Positions 14,701 to 29,009 of a DNA stretch of 64,000 nt are shown here, piece after piece. The notes beneath the pieces are model-generated. The model searched no databases and was not told the DNA's origin. It saw only the letters and a list, made by a program, of their open reading frames with translations. Numbering within the stretch: the stretch's first letter is position 1; every line of letters begins with the position of its first letter. A program made the translations under genes and the position numbers. Origin of the DNA: the human T2T-CHM13v2.0 reference genome, Homo sapiens; assembly GCF_009914755.1 (NCBI RefSeq), contig NC_060937.1; one strand, given 5' to 3'.

Positions 14701-15520
14701 TATATGTGTTCCTCACTAGGGGATGCATGCTGTGCAATTTTTCATACCAGTTAAAAGCAACAACAAAAGGTATGCACAAGAAGAATAATCTTATGTTACT
14801 ATGCAAAAAACTAACAAAATGAGATACAACTTAATACCATTTAAGTAAATTTAAAAACATATAGGCAAAACAATAATACATAGTTTACAGAACACATATA
14901 AATGTATATACTGTGTATTAAACATATTAAAATTGTTGCATATGTGCATATATCTGTATATGTCAATATGTATATCTGTACTCTCATCTAGATATTAAAA
15001 AGGCCTACAAGTAGCAATGAGCCAATGGCAATCAGCATACCAAATGCAAAATATTGATTGGTTTCTAAAGGGCATGAGGTTCTTTGGGTAAATGGCTGAT
15101 TCCAGGGCTGGGGAAATGCTCAAAAAGTGATGGGAACATGTCAAGTCAAAAGGACACAGGGGCTAGCTTTTAGGGAGTCCCACTGGCCAAATATGAGACC
15201 ATTTAAAGATCAAAATAAATAATGACAGAAAGGATTGTAATTCATTGAAATAATGTAAGAATTTATAAGTTCATAGTAATAGTGAACAAATAGGGGTAGG
15301 AATAGCTCTCCTTATAATAGAATGATACTTATTAAACACAGAAAAACTACTTTTTTTAAAAAAAAAATCACCATTTTGTAATGATCACAGTTACAACTGA
15401 TTCACATAAAAATCAATGAATGCTAAAACTAGGGCATGAAAGTTTTATGTGGAACAGGATACTGAACATTGAAAATAGTTTTAACATAGACTGAAAGTAT
15501 CTCCCCCCAACATGGATATT
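11800..15520 (+). mobile_element. Old, fragmented L1M-type LINE, interrupted by an MST LTR
   Basis: A-rich plus strand with decayed L1 ORF1, ORF2 and 3' motifs; no long ORF. Confidence 0.6.
13718..14113 (+). mobile_element. MST-type (ERVL-MaLR) solo LTR
   Basis: gatacctgaggctgggtaatttataaagaaaagaggtttatttggctcacag ... ttggggatcaaatttcaacat ... aaacaataaca. Confidence 0.85.
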
Positions 15521-16079
15521 AATTATAAACTGAATAATATTTACTTGTCAGCGAATAAATCTGGCAATACCTCTCAACCACAATAGAGATATGAACCATA
15601 AAACAGTGTAATATTCAATAGAGGAGTTACTTAATCTGAAAGTGGTATTCAATTCCCTCATCTATCCTTTAAAAGGCCATGAAATTATTTCCTGTCATCT
15701 CATATAAAAGATGTTGTAATATTCTAAGAGCTTGCATTTAGGTTGTCTCTGAAAAGAGTCTGATGAATAACTTAACAATAAGAAAGTGAATGCTGAGATT
15801 TCAGAGTGAACAGACATTTTAATCTCACAGTCTACTTTTGTGTTAACTCACCCCTCTCACATTTCAAAAATATCTAAAAGTAGCTGTTAGACATTCTATT
15901 AAGTCCTCCTGGTGAAAATGGAAATGTTTGGATATTCCATCTTTGCATCATCTTCCTATATCCCACTTTTAAACATTTTTGGCATTGAAACTTATCCTTC
16001 AAATGAACTTTTAGATATCACACATGCTTAGTAAACTTCAAATCTGCAAGTGGTGAACAGATAATCTGCACAGGAAACA

Positions 16080-16390
<311 letters not shown>

Positions 16391-17872
16391 TGACAAACAC
16401 ACCAGCATTTCCTTTTGTAGAATCCTTGGGCCATATTAAGGGTATTGTTAAGCTGCCATCTCATAAAGTATACAGAATAAAACACTAATTTGGGGAGACG
16501 TTAAAAGGGAATAGTAACAACAGCAGCAGCACTTGTTTTATTTAAATGTGGAAAATTAATTCAAAATATAAAAAAATATTTTGGTGACTATATTGGTAAT
16601 CTTACGATAAGAAGTAACTTTCTGAGTATAACACAAACAGCATCAGTTATAAAAGTACCAATTATATTTGAACACATGAAGCTTATTATAAAGCTCTATG
16701 TAAGGTTGCTGCATTTTACTTCAAACATCAAATGCAAAAATATATTAGAGATTTGCCACATGGAGCGGTGATATGACCAACTTATTTGAACAACAAAATT
16801 CCTTGAATCTAAAAGATATGGTAAATATGACTTAGCTTACTTAAGACCCAACTTTTTAGAAAGAATTTTAGAATCAGTGTCCAGAAAACTATTTTCCCAT
16901 GAATAATTCTGAGACTGAATTTCACAAACCTGAATTCCTCCCATCTCCAATATATATTATGACATCCCCTTTCATTGTTGACTCCAGCACAGATTTCTGA
17001 TGTCAATTCATTGGAGTCAGTGCAAAGGATTGAAAGGTAAATAGTAAGAAACAACATAAATGTATACACGATTTTTTTTTTTTTGGTTCAAATTGGCTAT
17101 GATTGCGCTACAAATTACAATGTGTTGTCCCTAAAAATTCTCATGTAAATCTGTTATTTGGCACCTGGTACTTGATTTTTCTCTAGAAAGAAGTCTCTAT
17201 GTGTTGGTAATAAAAATTGTTTAGGACTCTCAAAAAAGTTTAATGAATCAAGATTTAAATACAATTATTACTGAACCTGATCATCATGTGTGGCAGCAAA
17301 TTTAACTTAAATTTCCTTCAAATTCATGTCCCATTTGTAGGCACACATTATTCTTGCCCATTTTGATTTCCTAATTATCAAGTCCCTCCACCACCTTCAT
17401 GCTCTTCATGAGTCACAGATATCTTTGCTTCTCCTCAAATAGGATCAAGTGACTAAACCTGAGGCAGGGGCTCCATCCAATGTGATGATGGCTTTGAGTT
17501 TGGGGCACCAGCTCTGAAGGGTGAGGGACAGATACAGGGTCTCTTAGCTCCTTTCTTGCTGCTGAGGGCTCCTCTGCTGCCTGTCCAATGCTACCACCTT
17601 CTTTCTCCAAGTAGGATTCTCTCCTCTCTTGGACCACTCTTGAAGAGAGTCTCATACACAGGCATTCTGATAGTTTCCTAAGGTTTTGGCTGCTAATTAC
17701 TTAGAGTCACAAACAATCTTTGAGTACCAAGCATCCTTCTTCTGACCTGATCTTATTTTTTCCACTCTGGTTCAAAAACAATGTTACCAAAGATGCTTAA
17801 AGTCTCTGATAGAAAGCTGTTATTGCCATTGATGCTCCCAGTATTTTTCACCACTTAGATCAGTCAACTCAC

Positions 17873-17930
17873 CCATTGTGGTCATAGTTGTCAAGAGCAT
17901 ACAGTAGAATCTGGTAGTGAATCCATAACT
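17873..17930 (-). other. TPTE: TPTE 5'UTR exon, 58 nt
   Basis: tttggtag|AGTTATGGATTCACTACC...GACCACAATGG|gtgagt; consensus splice sites, consistent with the recalled TPTE leader. Confidence 0.8.
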
Positions 17931-18095
17931 CTACCAAAGAGTAAAAAGCACATACAAAAAATAAAGTCAGATATTTTGGAAGGCAATGAGGATGTTAATC
18001 TCAACAGTATTTCAGGACACAAAAAATAAAATCGGAGGAATTTTGACAAGAACTAAAGAAACAATTTCAGGATACAGCACTAGTACTTCTGAGAC

Positions 18096-18113
18096 TGTGT
18101 GTGTGTGTGTGTC

Positions 18114-18151
<38 letters not shown>

Positions 18152-18152
18152 G
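18096..18152. repeat. Compound (TG)n(GA)n microsatellite
   Basis: Seen directly in the sequence. Confidence 0.97.
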
Positions 18153-20596
18153 GGACACAGAAAAAAGAAAGAAAATGTAAGAATAATGAATGTTTCTATA
18201 TCAATGGCTAGTTCCCGGTCATCCTTGGTAGGAAATAAACAAGTAGATAAGTCAAGCCTTAATTATGTTTAAAACATTTTGTGAACTTAAAGTGGATTAT
18301 GTGTTTACAATGATTTTGTTTTCTCTTTGTCTGGATTCATTTTTTTAAAGTTATATGGCTATGTTTTACAATATCAAGACTTCCTAGCACCGAAACCCCT
18401 GGCTTGGCTAATTTAATCTCTCTGCTACTTCATTTCCTCATCTGTAAGTTAAGACACATGCAAAATACACTCCACATCTGTCAACTTCATAAAACCATGC
18501 TGAATATTCAGCATTTTGCCAATATTGGTTTTTAGACAACCTGCTCTCTACACCATATATTATGCCATAAAAATCAGTATGTGGCAATATAAACGGATAC
18601 ACATTTTTAGTTTCAAATACACAAACATTCTCATCAAGGTAATACACTCCCAAGACTCAAGAATTAATGCTCTTCACCACAATTTTCTAACTTTTCAAAC
18701 GTTTAAATAAGTTTAAGAAACTGATCACATACATTTTTTTGCTGCTGATAACAACTGGGATTCTCTAAGAGTGTGCTGAGGTTTCTTAACCTATTTGACC
18801 ACAGAACCTCTTTCTCACAGTGGAAATGTGTGAGAAACACATTTTGGAAACAATATATTAAATGGTATCTTTTTATGTCTTTAAGAAAAGTTCCCCTACA
18901 CAAACTAATTTTGGACTCTGATCAATAGCTCCAACCTTTAAGCACAGATAGACATTAATATTGTGCTAGTCTTTCAGCCTGTGAGGAAAGGAGTGCCAGA
19001 GTTCAAATTATCGCATCTCGTTAGCCTGGTCTGAGGGCCATGAGGGGAACCTTTCAAGTTCTAAGTGGGTGTTCTCATGTCCTTGAATGGCTCCTGGAAA
19101 TTCATCCAGGTCTCAGGAAAAACAATAACCTTTTACAAAAAGAAAGGCATCTATAGGCATCCGCTACTTTTCAGCAGGATGAATAATTGGATTGTCTATG
19201 CAGAATACACTAATAAATCATAACAGGGGAAAATGTTCAAAACACCAAAAAGGTAAGAATTTGAGTTTCTGACATAAGCAGCCTTATTAAATGATTACTA
19301 GATTTTTCAGACATCCTCTACTGAGGAAGAGAACTGGAAGACACTCAAATTACTCCAGATTCAGGTGACAAGCCAGGATTGCTAAGCAAGTTCCTTGGGA
19401 AACTAATCTCCAAAAAGGGCACGAGACATCCATAGATGTTACCTGAACTCCAGGGAGAGTACTGCATGAAGTCTGAAATAATACTTTGATAAGCTGCTTT
19501 GGGGCACAGAATGACTTCCCTCATGGGACATGAATAAGTAACTAGCTAAATTGCCCCCTAAGGAAGGTGAGAATTGCAAACCGTCCTAAACTGAAGTGGT
19601 CATGCAGAATTCTTAAATGCTTTTTGGTAGATAGGAGCAACCACAGAAGTTTGAGTTAGCTGAAAGTTAGCTACACCTTTATAATCATGCTACCAGGTTA
19701 TAATGAAAAGTAGGTCTCCGACCAAATCTGCCACACATACAGATATTCATTTAACAAAACATTCAGTAGCAAGCAGACACAGTATATAAGCTTCTGTAAG
19801 CTTTCCGCACTTTAGGTACTCCAAGCATGAAAGCTTCATTCTCAACAGATTCCTAATGTTTCAGAGGCCAAAATCTTCCTAAACCTTCCTGGAGATAGGA
19901 CCATATGAGGATCAAGCCTTGGGTGTCGTCTCTAAATATACACTACAGGCCACCCTCATACACCTTTATCCTGTTTATGCAAGGGTGGGCTGTCTCCAAA
20001 ACACGTTAGTTGATTCACAGATCTTAAAATGTCATATAATTGTAACATCCATCATGCTGCTTTGTAAGCCGCCAATTTCACTAATAAAAACCCATTTGTG
20101 ACCTTCACTGTAATAATTAACAATGTTTCAGGTGTTAATTGAGATGGGACCACTGAAGCCCTTTTGGTGGCCATCTCTGTGGAGTGGCTTCCTGAGCTGA
20201 ACACTAGCTTACCATCCTTGAACAGAGCATCCAACATTAGGGCAACCAGCTGCCCCTGTAGGAAAGATTAAAGTGACCAGTATATGCATATTATCACACT
20301 GCCTAAAATGTCATAGAATGAGGCTTGGTTTGTTTTTTAAATTTTTTCTATTTCTATTATTTTTCTATCGAATTATTTTTCTATTTTTATTTGCTGGGTC
20401 ACAGACAACAGCAAATTCCATACCTTCAGAGTTATACCAGCTCATCTGCAGTAGGAGTAGAAATATCAAAGCTCTCAGTCTACCACCTTGTGCTCCAGAG
20501 ATGTGGCCCAAGCACATCTTTGGACGTGAACCAGGGCAACCCAAGGCAGAGCTGGATTTCTGGGAGTTTCTCCCTATAAGCCCTGGACATGCTTAC

Positions 20597-20705
20597 CTAT
20601 ACACCAGACTGCTTCCAGAGCCACTGCCGGTCAGAAGAGCCTGGGGTGTGTTCAGCTGCTAGAATAACACAAGTCTGAGGTCTTGTGTCGTCGGTCCAAC
20701 ATTCT
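20597..20705 (-). other. TPTE: TPTE 5'UTR exon, 109 nt
   Basis: ttctccctcttag|AGAATGTTGGACCGACG...GGTGTATAG|gtaagc; strong polypyrimidine tract and donor. Confidence 0.82.
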
Positions 20706-21294
20706 CTAAGAGGGAGAAATTTAATCAAGATCCTGTTAGCAGTTTTCTCTCTTGTTGCCTTTCAAGATTATGGCTTTTCCTTTTTTCATTTTTTTAGTTC
20801 CCAAAACCAAGCTTGTTAAATCAAATCTTGACCCAATTCCTGGCAAGTAACAAGGTTATTGCTATTTGGCCTTACACCCACGGGTTGTCCCCCAGTACCG
20901 TGAGGGTAAGGGGACTCTGTAAGGTCCCTGGGAGGGGAAAGGAATGTCAATTAGTGGTCCCCCCAGCTGGGTATAAGCAAACTTTCCTGTCTATGGGCCG
21001 CAGAGACCACCATCTAGTTCCCCCGCCAAAACTTTACATGATTTTAATTCTCCTGATGAAGATGAGAGGATAACAGCCAACAGAGAGGGCAGAGGATGGG
21101 ATGGGACTCCCTTGCTCAGAGACCTCACCTCTAGGTCTTTACCTCCTATTGAGAATAAGTCAGTTCTGTAGTAAGAACTCTGTGTCCACGGCAACCCCAA
21201 ACAGAATCCTAGCGCTCTTGTGATTCTTGTAGAATGGGGAATAGAACGAGCTTGGCCCAAGACTGCACAGACTTAAAAACATACTATTCTTTGA

Positions 21295-21980
21295 AAATGG
21301 CAATCATTAAAAAGTCAGGAAACAACAGGTGCTGGAGAGGATGTGGAGAAATAGGAACACTTTTACACTGTTGGTGGGACTGTAAACTAGTTCAACCATG
21401 GTGGAAGTCAGTGTGGCGATTCCTCAGGGATCTAGAACTAGAAATACCATTTGACCCAGCCATCCCATTACTGGGTATATACCCAAAGGACTATAAATCA
21501 TGCTGCTATACAGACACATGCACACGTATGTTTACTGCAGCACTATTCACAATAGCAAAGACTTGGAACCAACCCAAATGTCCAACAATGATAGACTGGA
21601 TTAAGAAAATGTGGCACATATACACCATGGAATACTATGCAGCCATAAAAAATGATGAGTTCATGTCCTTTGTAGGGACATGGATGAAATTGGAAATCAT
21701 TCTCAGTAAACTATCGCAAGAACAAAAAACCAAACACTGCATATTCTCACTCATAGGTGGGAACTGAACAATGAGAACACGTGGACCCAGGAAGGGGAAC
21801 ATCACACTCTGGGGACTGTTGTGGGGTGGGGGGAGGGGGGAGGGATAGCATTGGGAGATATACCAAATGCTAGATGAGGAGTTAGTGGGTGCAGCGCACC
21901 AGCATGTCACACGTTTACATATGTAACTAACCTGCACATTGTGCACATGTACCCTAAAACTTAAAGTATAATAAAAAAAA
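21295..21980 (+). mobile_element. 5'-truncated young L1PA (ORF2 C-terminus, 3'UTR, polyA)
   Basis: ORF 21234-21767 contains L1 ORF2 C-terminal text ([25 protein letters not shown]); G-rich 3'UTR; near-TSD atactattct (21281) / atactgttct (21981). Confidence 0.95.
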
Positions 21981-22339
21981 ATACTGTTCTGCCATACATA
22001 CAGATACTCATTAAAGATGAGGGAGAAGGGCATGGGGTGGGGGAGAATGTACCAAAACCAAAGACCACAGGATAATAACCTCAGAGCAGAGACTATCTCT
22101 CTAGTTATTTTTTCTTTTGTATGTAATGGAGAGGATTATTATTTACTCTGATGAAGAAGTTTACATCAAGTGTTCAGCTTCCTTTGTGGGTTACAGAGAA
22201 TAACCAGAGGGCTCAGTTATGCTCTCTGAATAACTATGTTTGCTTAGTGTTTTCTAAACAATATTAAATTTCACTAAAATAGACAAGGTTGATAGGACTT
22301 GGGGGCATAACTCATTGACTCAAGCTATCATTTTATAGG

Positions 22340-22735
22340 ATTGTGAGAAAACAAATAGATGAACATTTAAAATACACTCATATTCTCGCTAGAAAAGAGG
22401 ATTTTGAATATTCTTACATCAAAGACATGGTAAATGTTTAAGGCAATGGATATGCTAATTACCATGATTTGATCATTATGCAATGTAAAATGTACTGAAA
22501 CATCACATTGTACCTCATAAATATGTACAATTTATTATGTGCGAATTAAAATTTTGAGTACAAGAAAAAATAAACTTCAATTGTAAGAAAACAACCCAAC
22601 TTTTAAAAAATGGGCAAAATACGTGAACAGATACTTCACTAATAGAGATTTGCAACTGGCAAATAAGCAAACGAAAAACTGGTCATCATCACTATCTATT
22701 AGAGAAATGCAGATTAAAACTACAATAAGAAACAA
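22340..22735 (+). mobile_element. Old L1M fragments
   Basis: L1MA-like 3' end (gctagaaaagaggattttgaat ... cacattgtacctcataaatatgtacaa) followed by an ORF2-like piece (aaatgcagattaaaactacaataaga). Confidence 0.7.
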
Positions 22736-23241
22736 TGCTGCCCATCCAGACGCATTGTTTTGACCGTTTCCAACTTGTCCCAGCCCTTCCCGGGGCATCG
22801 CTGGGGACCCTACGCCGACGTCCCCCCTCCGCCCGCGCCCCAAGGGCCGACTGGGCAAATTGGGAGACCCGCCCCGCGGGGCGACCCAACTTTTCGGAAC
22901 AGCACCCCACCGCCCACCCCCGCAGACCCCCGGACCCCCGCTCCCGGCGGAGACTCAGGGAACCCCGCACCCCAAGCCCTTCTAAATCGTGCAGCGTGAG
23001 TGTGACGGCCAAGAGCGGATGCAGCCCGGGATCGCCCGCACCTTCCCGTGGGCGGAAGCGCAGGAGCCAGCTGGGGAGGGGGCGCCCTAGAGGAGCGGCT
23101 AGAAAGCAGACACGGGGAACTGAGGTCATCCTGGGGGGGGACAAGACAACGAGAGCCGGGCGCCTCGGGGGCGGCGCGGGAGCCTCCGCAGGACCGGGCG
23201 GGCGCCCCGGCTGGCGCGGGCGGGGGGCGCGCCCCCTTTAC

Positions 23242-23330
23242 CTGCGGCTCCGGCTCCTAGGCCATTTCCTCACGCGGCGGCGGCCGGGACTGAGCTGACA
23301 CCACTCAGGCCGGCCGGGTTTGAATGAGGA
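23242..23330 (-). other. Candidate alternative first exon (5' end approximate)
   Basis: ...GAGGAAATGGCCTAGGAGCCGGAGCCGCAG|gtaaag strong donor inside the CpG island; YY1-like AAATGGC. Confidence 0.5.
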
Positions 23331-23591
23331 GGAGCGGGCGCGGAGAGGAGGGGGCGGGGAGGGCGGAGGGAGGGAGGGAGGCGTCGCGGAGTTTTTCTCG
23401 GCCTTTTGTGCGGACACCTCCCGGATTCCGCGCCCGCACCCGGCCCCCCAAAAGACACGGGGAGCCGCGGGCGAGGGGTGCAGCCATCCGCCGAGGCGCC
23501 TAGTGCCTTCGCGCCTCCAAGACCCCCCCCCAACAAAAAGGAGCGTCCCCCACCCCTACCCCCGCCCGGAGGATTTAGGGCCTGGGCTCAC

Positions 23592-23720
23592 CTCGGGCGC
23601 GGAGCTAAGTGTAGGCGCCGGGGGTCCCTAGAGCCGCCGGGGCGCAGCGAGTCCGGCGCTGGGTAACTGTTGGGTCAGAAACTGTTCAGGTAGCAGCTGT
23701 TGTGCCCTCCCTTGGCCCCG
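23592..23720 (-). other. TPTE: TPTE first exon, non-coding (5' end approximate)
   Basis: ...CTTAGCTCCGCGCCCGAG|gtgagc donor just downstream of the GC-box cluster; consistent with the recalled TPTE leader. Confidence 0.72.
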
Positions 23721-24304
23721 CCGCTCGGAGACGCCCCGCCCCCTGCCTTCAACGGCCGCGCCGGCCCCGCCCCCTGCCTTGAACGGCCGCCCGGCCCCGC
23801 CCCAGCGCCCACGTGACTAGCATAGGCGCGCCCCCGTTCCGCCCGCCGCCGCAGACTCCGCCTCCGGGATGCGAGCGAGCGGCGAGCGCGCGCACTACCA
23901 GTTCTTGCTCGGCGACTCCCGCGCACGCGCGCGCCGTGCCACCCTCCCCGCACCCCTCCTCCCGCCATCCGGCTTAACGTGGCGGGCGCGCGCCGCGGCA
24001 GTAGCCGTGACAGGTACCCGGCGGGGGGGGGGGGGGGGAGGGGGTTGGCCCGCGAGGGTGTGCGCAGGCACAGACCCGGGTCCTGTCCCCGCCGCCCCCT
24101 CCTCTGCAAGGTGTGCCTGGGCGAGGGGAGGGGCCCGCGGCCCGAACCCCTGGGTCACCCCCGAATTACAAACAAAAACCTTAACGCCATTGCTCGCGGG
24201 TTAGAAGGCAGCTGTGCGTGCTCAGGAAAAGAAGCCACGCACAAGAGACCGCACGCGGCGTGGATACAGTGACACGAAACACCCAAAATCTCTTTTGAAA
24301 GGGA

Positions 24305-24900
24305 AACCAGGCACAGTGGCTCATGCCTATAATCCCAGCACTTTCGGGGGCCAAGGCGCTCACCTAAACCCGAGAGTTCAAGACCAGCCTGGGCAATACA
24401 GCGAAACCCTGTCTCTACGAAAAATATAAAAATTAGCTGGGCATAGGGCTGGGCACGGTGGCTCACGCCTGTAATCCCAGCACTTTGGAGGCCGAGGCGG
24501 GCGGATCACGAGGTCAGGAGTTCCAGACCATCCTGGCTAACACAGTGAAACCTTCTCTCTACTAAAAATACAAAAAAAATTAGCCGGGCGTGGTGGCAGG
24601 TGCCTGTAGTCCTAGCTACTTGGGAGGTTGAGGCAGGAGAATGGCATGAATCAGGGAGCGGAGGCTGCAGTGAGCTGAGATTGCGCCACTGCACTCCAGC
24701 CTGGGGGACAGAGTGAGACTCCGTCTCAAAAAAAAAAAAAATAATTAGCTGGGCATGGTGGCTGGCACACATGGTCCCAGCTACTCAGGAGGCTGAGGTG
24801 GAAGGATCTCTTGATCCCGGGGAGGTCAAGGCTGCAGTGAGCCAAGATGGCATCACCGCACTCCAGCCTGGGCCACAGACCCTGTCTCAAAAAAAAAAGA
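24305..24900 (+). mobile_element. Nested Alus: younger Alu (24447-24742) inserted into the central linker of an older Alu
   Basis: Duplicated aattagctgggcat at ~24431 and ~24743 flanks the inner element. Confidence 0.88.
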
Positions 24901-25701
24901 GAAAGTGGGGAAGAAAATGTAATACAAATTAATATACCAACAGCAATTAGTGAGTACTTTTTCCATGGAGCTGGGAGAGGGAATAAATGTTTGTAAAATT
25001 AAAATGTTCTACGCTAGAAATCAACTTTCCTTCTATGCTTTCTTTACTTCACCCCTTATAGCTACTTAGTAAATCTCACAAATCCTATCCTTCTAATCTC
25101 TCTGAAATGTATGTACCCTTTCCCTTCTATTCTCACCACCCATGTTTCTTTGTTTCCTTCTAGCCTGTGTAATAATCTCATAATCGCACCTCCTGTACCT
25201 GCCTTCTTTCTAGTCCAGAATACGTTTTCCTAAATTCCACCAATAACCATCCTGCTACTGCTTTGTGTGAAATTCTCCAAAAAAAATTTTACTTTTCCAA
25301 AATAAGTCAGGCTCTTAGGATACAAAACCACACCATGGTCCCAGCCAATCTTTCAGCCTGATTCACTCAGTATATATTTATTGACCTCTCCTTTCTCCCA
25401 AGCACTTGGCTAGATAATAATTAAAGAGTGCGGCACAAAACAAATTGGATTCCTCCCCTCATGGAGCTTGTATTTTCACAGGAAGCAGAGACATTAAATA
25501 AATTAAAACACAAAAAAATAGACAAGCATATAATTACAGTATGTATCCTAGAGAAATATCACTCATGCAGAAAGCATACACAAGGATGCAGCACTGTTTC
25601 CAATAGCGAAAAGCTAGAAACAACCTACATGTTCACCAAAAGAAAATGGCCACATAAACTATACCATATCCAAATTATCCAAATTTTAGAATATAGACAA
25701 C

Positions 25702-26314
<613 letters not shown>

Positions 26315-26712
26315 TTACTAGTTCCATATCCTGCTTTTGGATAAACATTTGATACACCATTCTATACTTACTCCTCTCTTTGCTCTATTCTGACTGCCTG
26401 CACCCCTCCCCGCCACCCAATCCCCCAACATATATGCCATATATATAAACATCAACCTGTAACCACCCTAATCGGCCCCAAGGTCACTCAAAATGCCACC
26501 TCCTTCAGTTACTCTCTCCTTTGTTCAATGCCTCCTTTATAACACTGTCTGCATTATGCCTAGCCCTGGGTATGTTATTTCTCTTACCACCTGAATAGTG
26601 GGGAGGCTCTTCCAAGGGAAGACCAGTTTCCTCCATGCTGTGGAATGGTCAACACACAGTAGGTACTCCAATATTTAGCTGTTCCAATATGTAGCTGTTC
26701 TGTGCTCCTTGG

Positions 26713-27320
<608 letters not shown>

Positions 27321-27359
27321 CTGGATTCTTTAATACACTCGTTTTTTCCCTCTTTCATG

Positions 27360-27870
27360 TGACATGTACCTAATAAGCACCCACTATGTACACCAGGCAT
27401 TGTTCTAGGTGCTGGAGATGCCGCAGGGAACCAAATAGATCAAAATGCCTATCCTCATGGAGTTAACATTTGATATTATAGTGTGTTAGATATTATAATA
27501 AGTACTATGGAGAAAAATACAAGGGGCAAAGGGGCTACAGAGTGGAGGGGTGGTGAGGGAAATGTTAAATAGATCGGCCCTGAAAGGCTTCATCATAGAC
27601 ACATCTAAATAAAGATCTGAAGGGGGTGACAGTGGCAGCCACAAGGAGTTCTAGGGGAAGAGCATTCCAGGTTCAGGGACAGGCAAGCGAAGTCCTTGAA
27701 GCAAAGTGCACCCAGTGTCTCAAAGAACAGCAAGGAGGCCAGCATGGCATTGTGGCTGGCGTGGCGACAAGCCCGGAAATTAGGATGGGGATGGTGCATC
27801 TTGATTGCACGGATCTTTCTGGCCATGGTAAAGATTTTGAATTTCATTCTGAATGGGCCTGAGAGCTCTG
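27360..27870 (+). mobile_element. L2 LINE fragment
   Basis: aagcacccactatgtacaccaggcattgttctaggtgctggagat ... ggaagagcattccagg are typical of L2. Confidence 0.65.
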
Positions 27871-28029
27871 AATAATCTGAGCAAAATGGCCGGGCTCGGT
27901 TAGTAAGTGGTGTATTCAACGGGTTCACACAATCAAGAGCACTCCTAAAATAGTAACACAGGGTCTCTCTCCTTTGCTGAAATCACTCACTCAGATATTT
28001 AAATGTATCTCTATTTCAGGTTACTTCTA

Positions 28030-28350
<321 letters not shown>

Positions 28351-28446
28351 AGATAGGCAGATAGATAGATAGATAGATAGACAGACAGATAGATAGATAG
28401 ATAGATACATACATACATACATACATACATACATACATACATACAT
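28351..28446. repeat. Compound (GATA)n(CATA)n tetranucleotide microsatellite in the Alu tail
   Basis: Seen directly in the sequence. Confidence 0.97.
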
Positions 28447-28889
28447 AAAAATTGAGGTGCACTGTCACTTGAGAATTTCAAATTATATGATAAGTAGCTA
28501 AGGCAGTCAAAGAAAGGCTTTGGAGATGACCATAAAGTACTTTATGTAACTAAGTTATTCAGTCCCTAAACCATTTATATTTAAATATAGAAAATATATT
28601 TAATAATTTGATACAGGAAAAAAGAGCTTGTCAAAAAATCTCAAAAGAATAAAGTCTATTGGATTTAAACCATTTCCTTATAAAACCTGATTGCTGTATT
28701 ACAGATATGAACTCTATATGCACTCAAATCCTTTCATCAATAAAAGGCAATAAGACTCTTATTGAGTAACAATAAGAGGCAATAAGGCTCTTATTGACTG
28801 TAACATTATTTAGGATAGTTCTTTCCAATAGAAATATCAAGACCAAGGGGTTACATAAAAAAAGAAAAAATTTTAAGTCAGTACTATAC

Positions 28890-29009
28890 CATCATCTCTG
28901 CAAGGTAACTGCTCAGAAACAGAGCCTGAGGAATCTTTTCTGATCACAGATCTTTTGGTTTTCCCTTGCCCAGTTCGACTTCTTTGCCGCACCATAAATC
29001 CACCAATAC
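28890..29009 (-). pseudogene. KMT2C-like exon (~25), 120 nt, IGGFMVRQRSRTGQGKTKRSVIRKDSSGSVSEQLPCRDD
   Basis: ag/gt intact, frame open. Confidence 0.9.

Larger units (their letters stand above)
22740..24270. promoter_or_regulatory. TPTE: CpG island / TPTE promoter region
   Basis: Very GC- and CpG-rich; repeated GC boxes (ccccgcccc) at 23733-23803; E-box cacgtgac at 23810-23817; lies directly upstream of the first exons. Confidence 0.9.

Noticed and set aside
21234-21767. 177-aa ORF
   Set aside because: It is the C-terminal part of L1 ORF2 in a truncated insertion, not a host gene.
22577-24272. Many overlapping 70-187 aa ORFs
   Set aside because: Expected from stop-codon scarcity in a GC-rich island; low-complexity R/G/P/A text with no recognisable domain.
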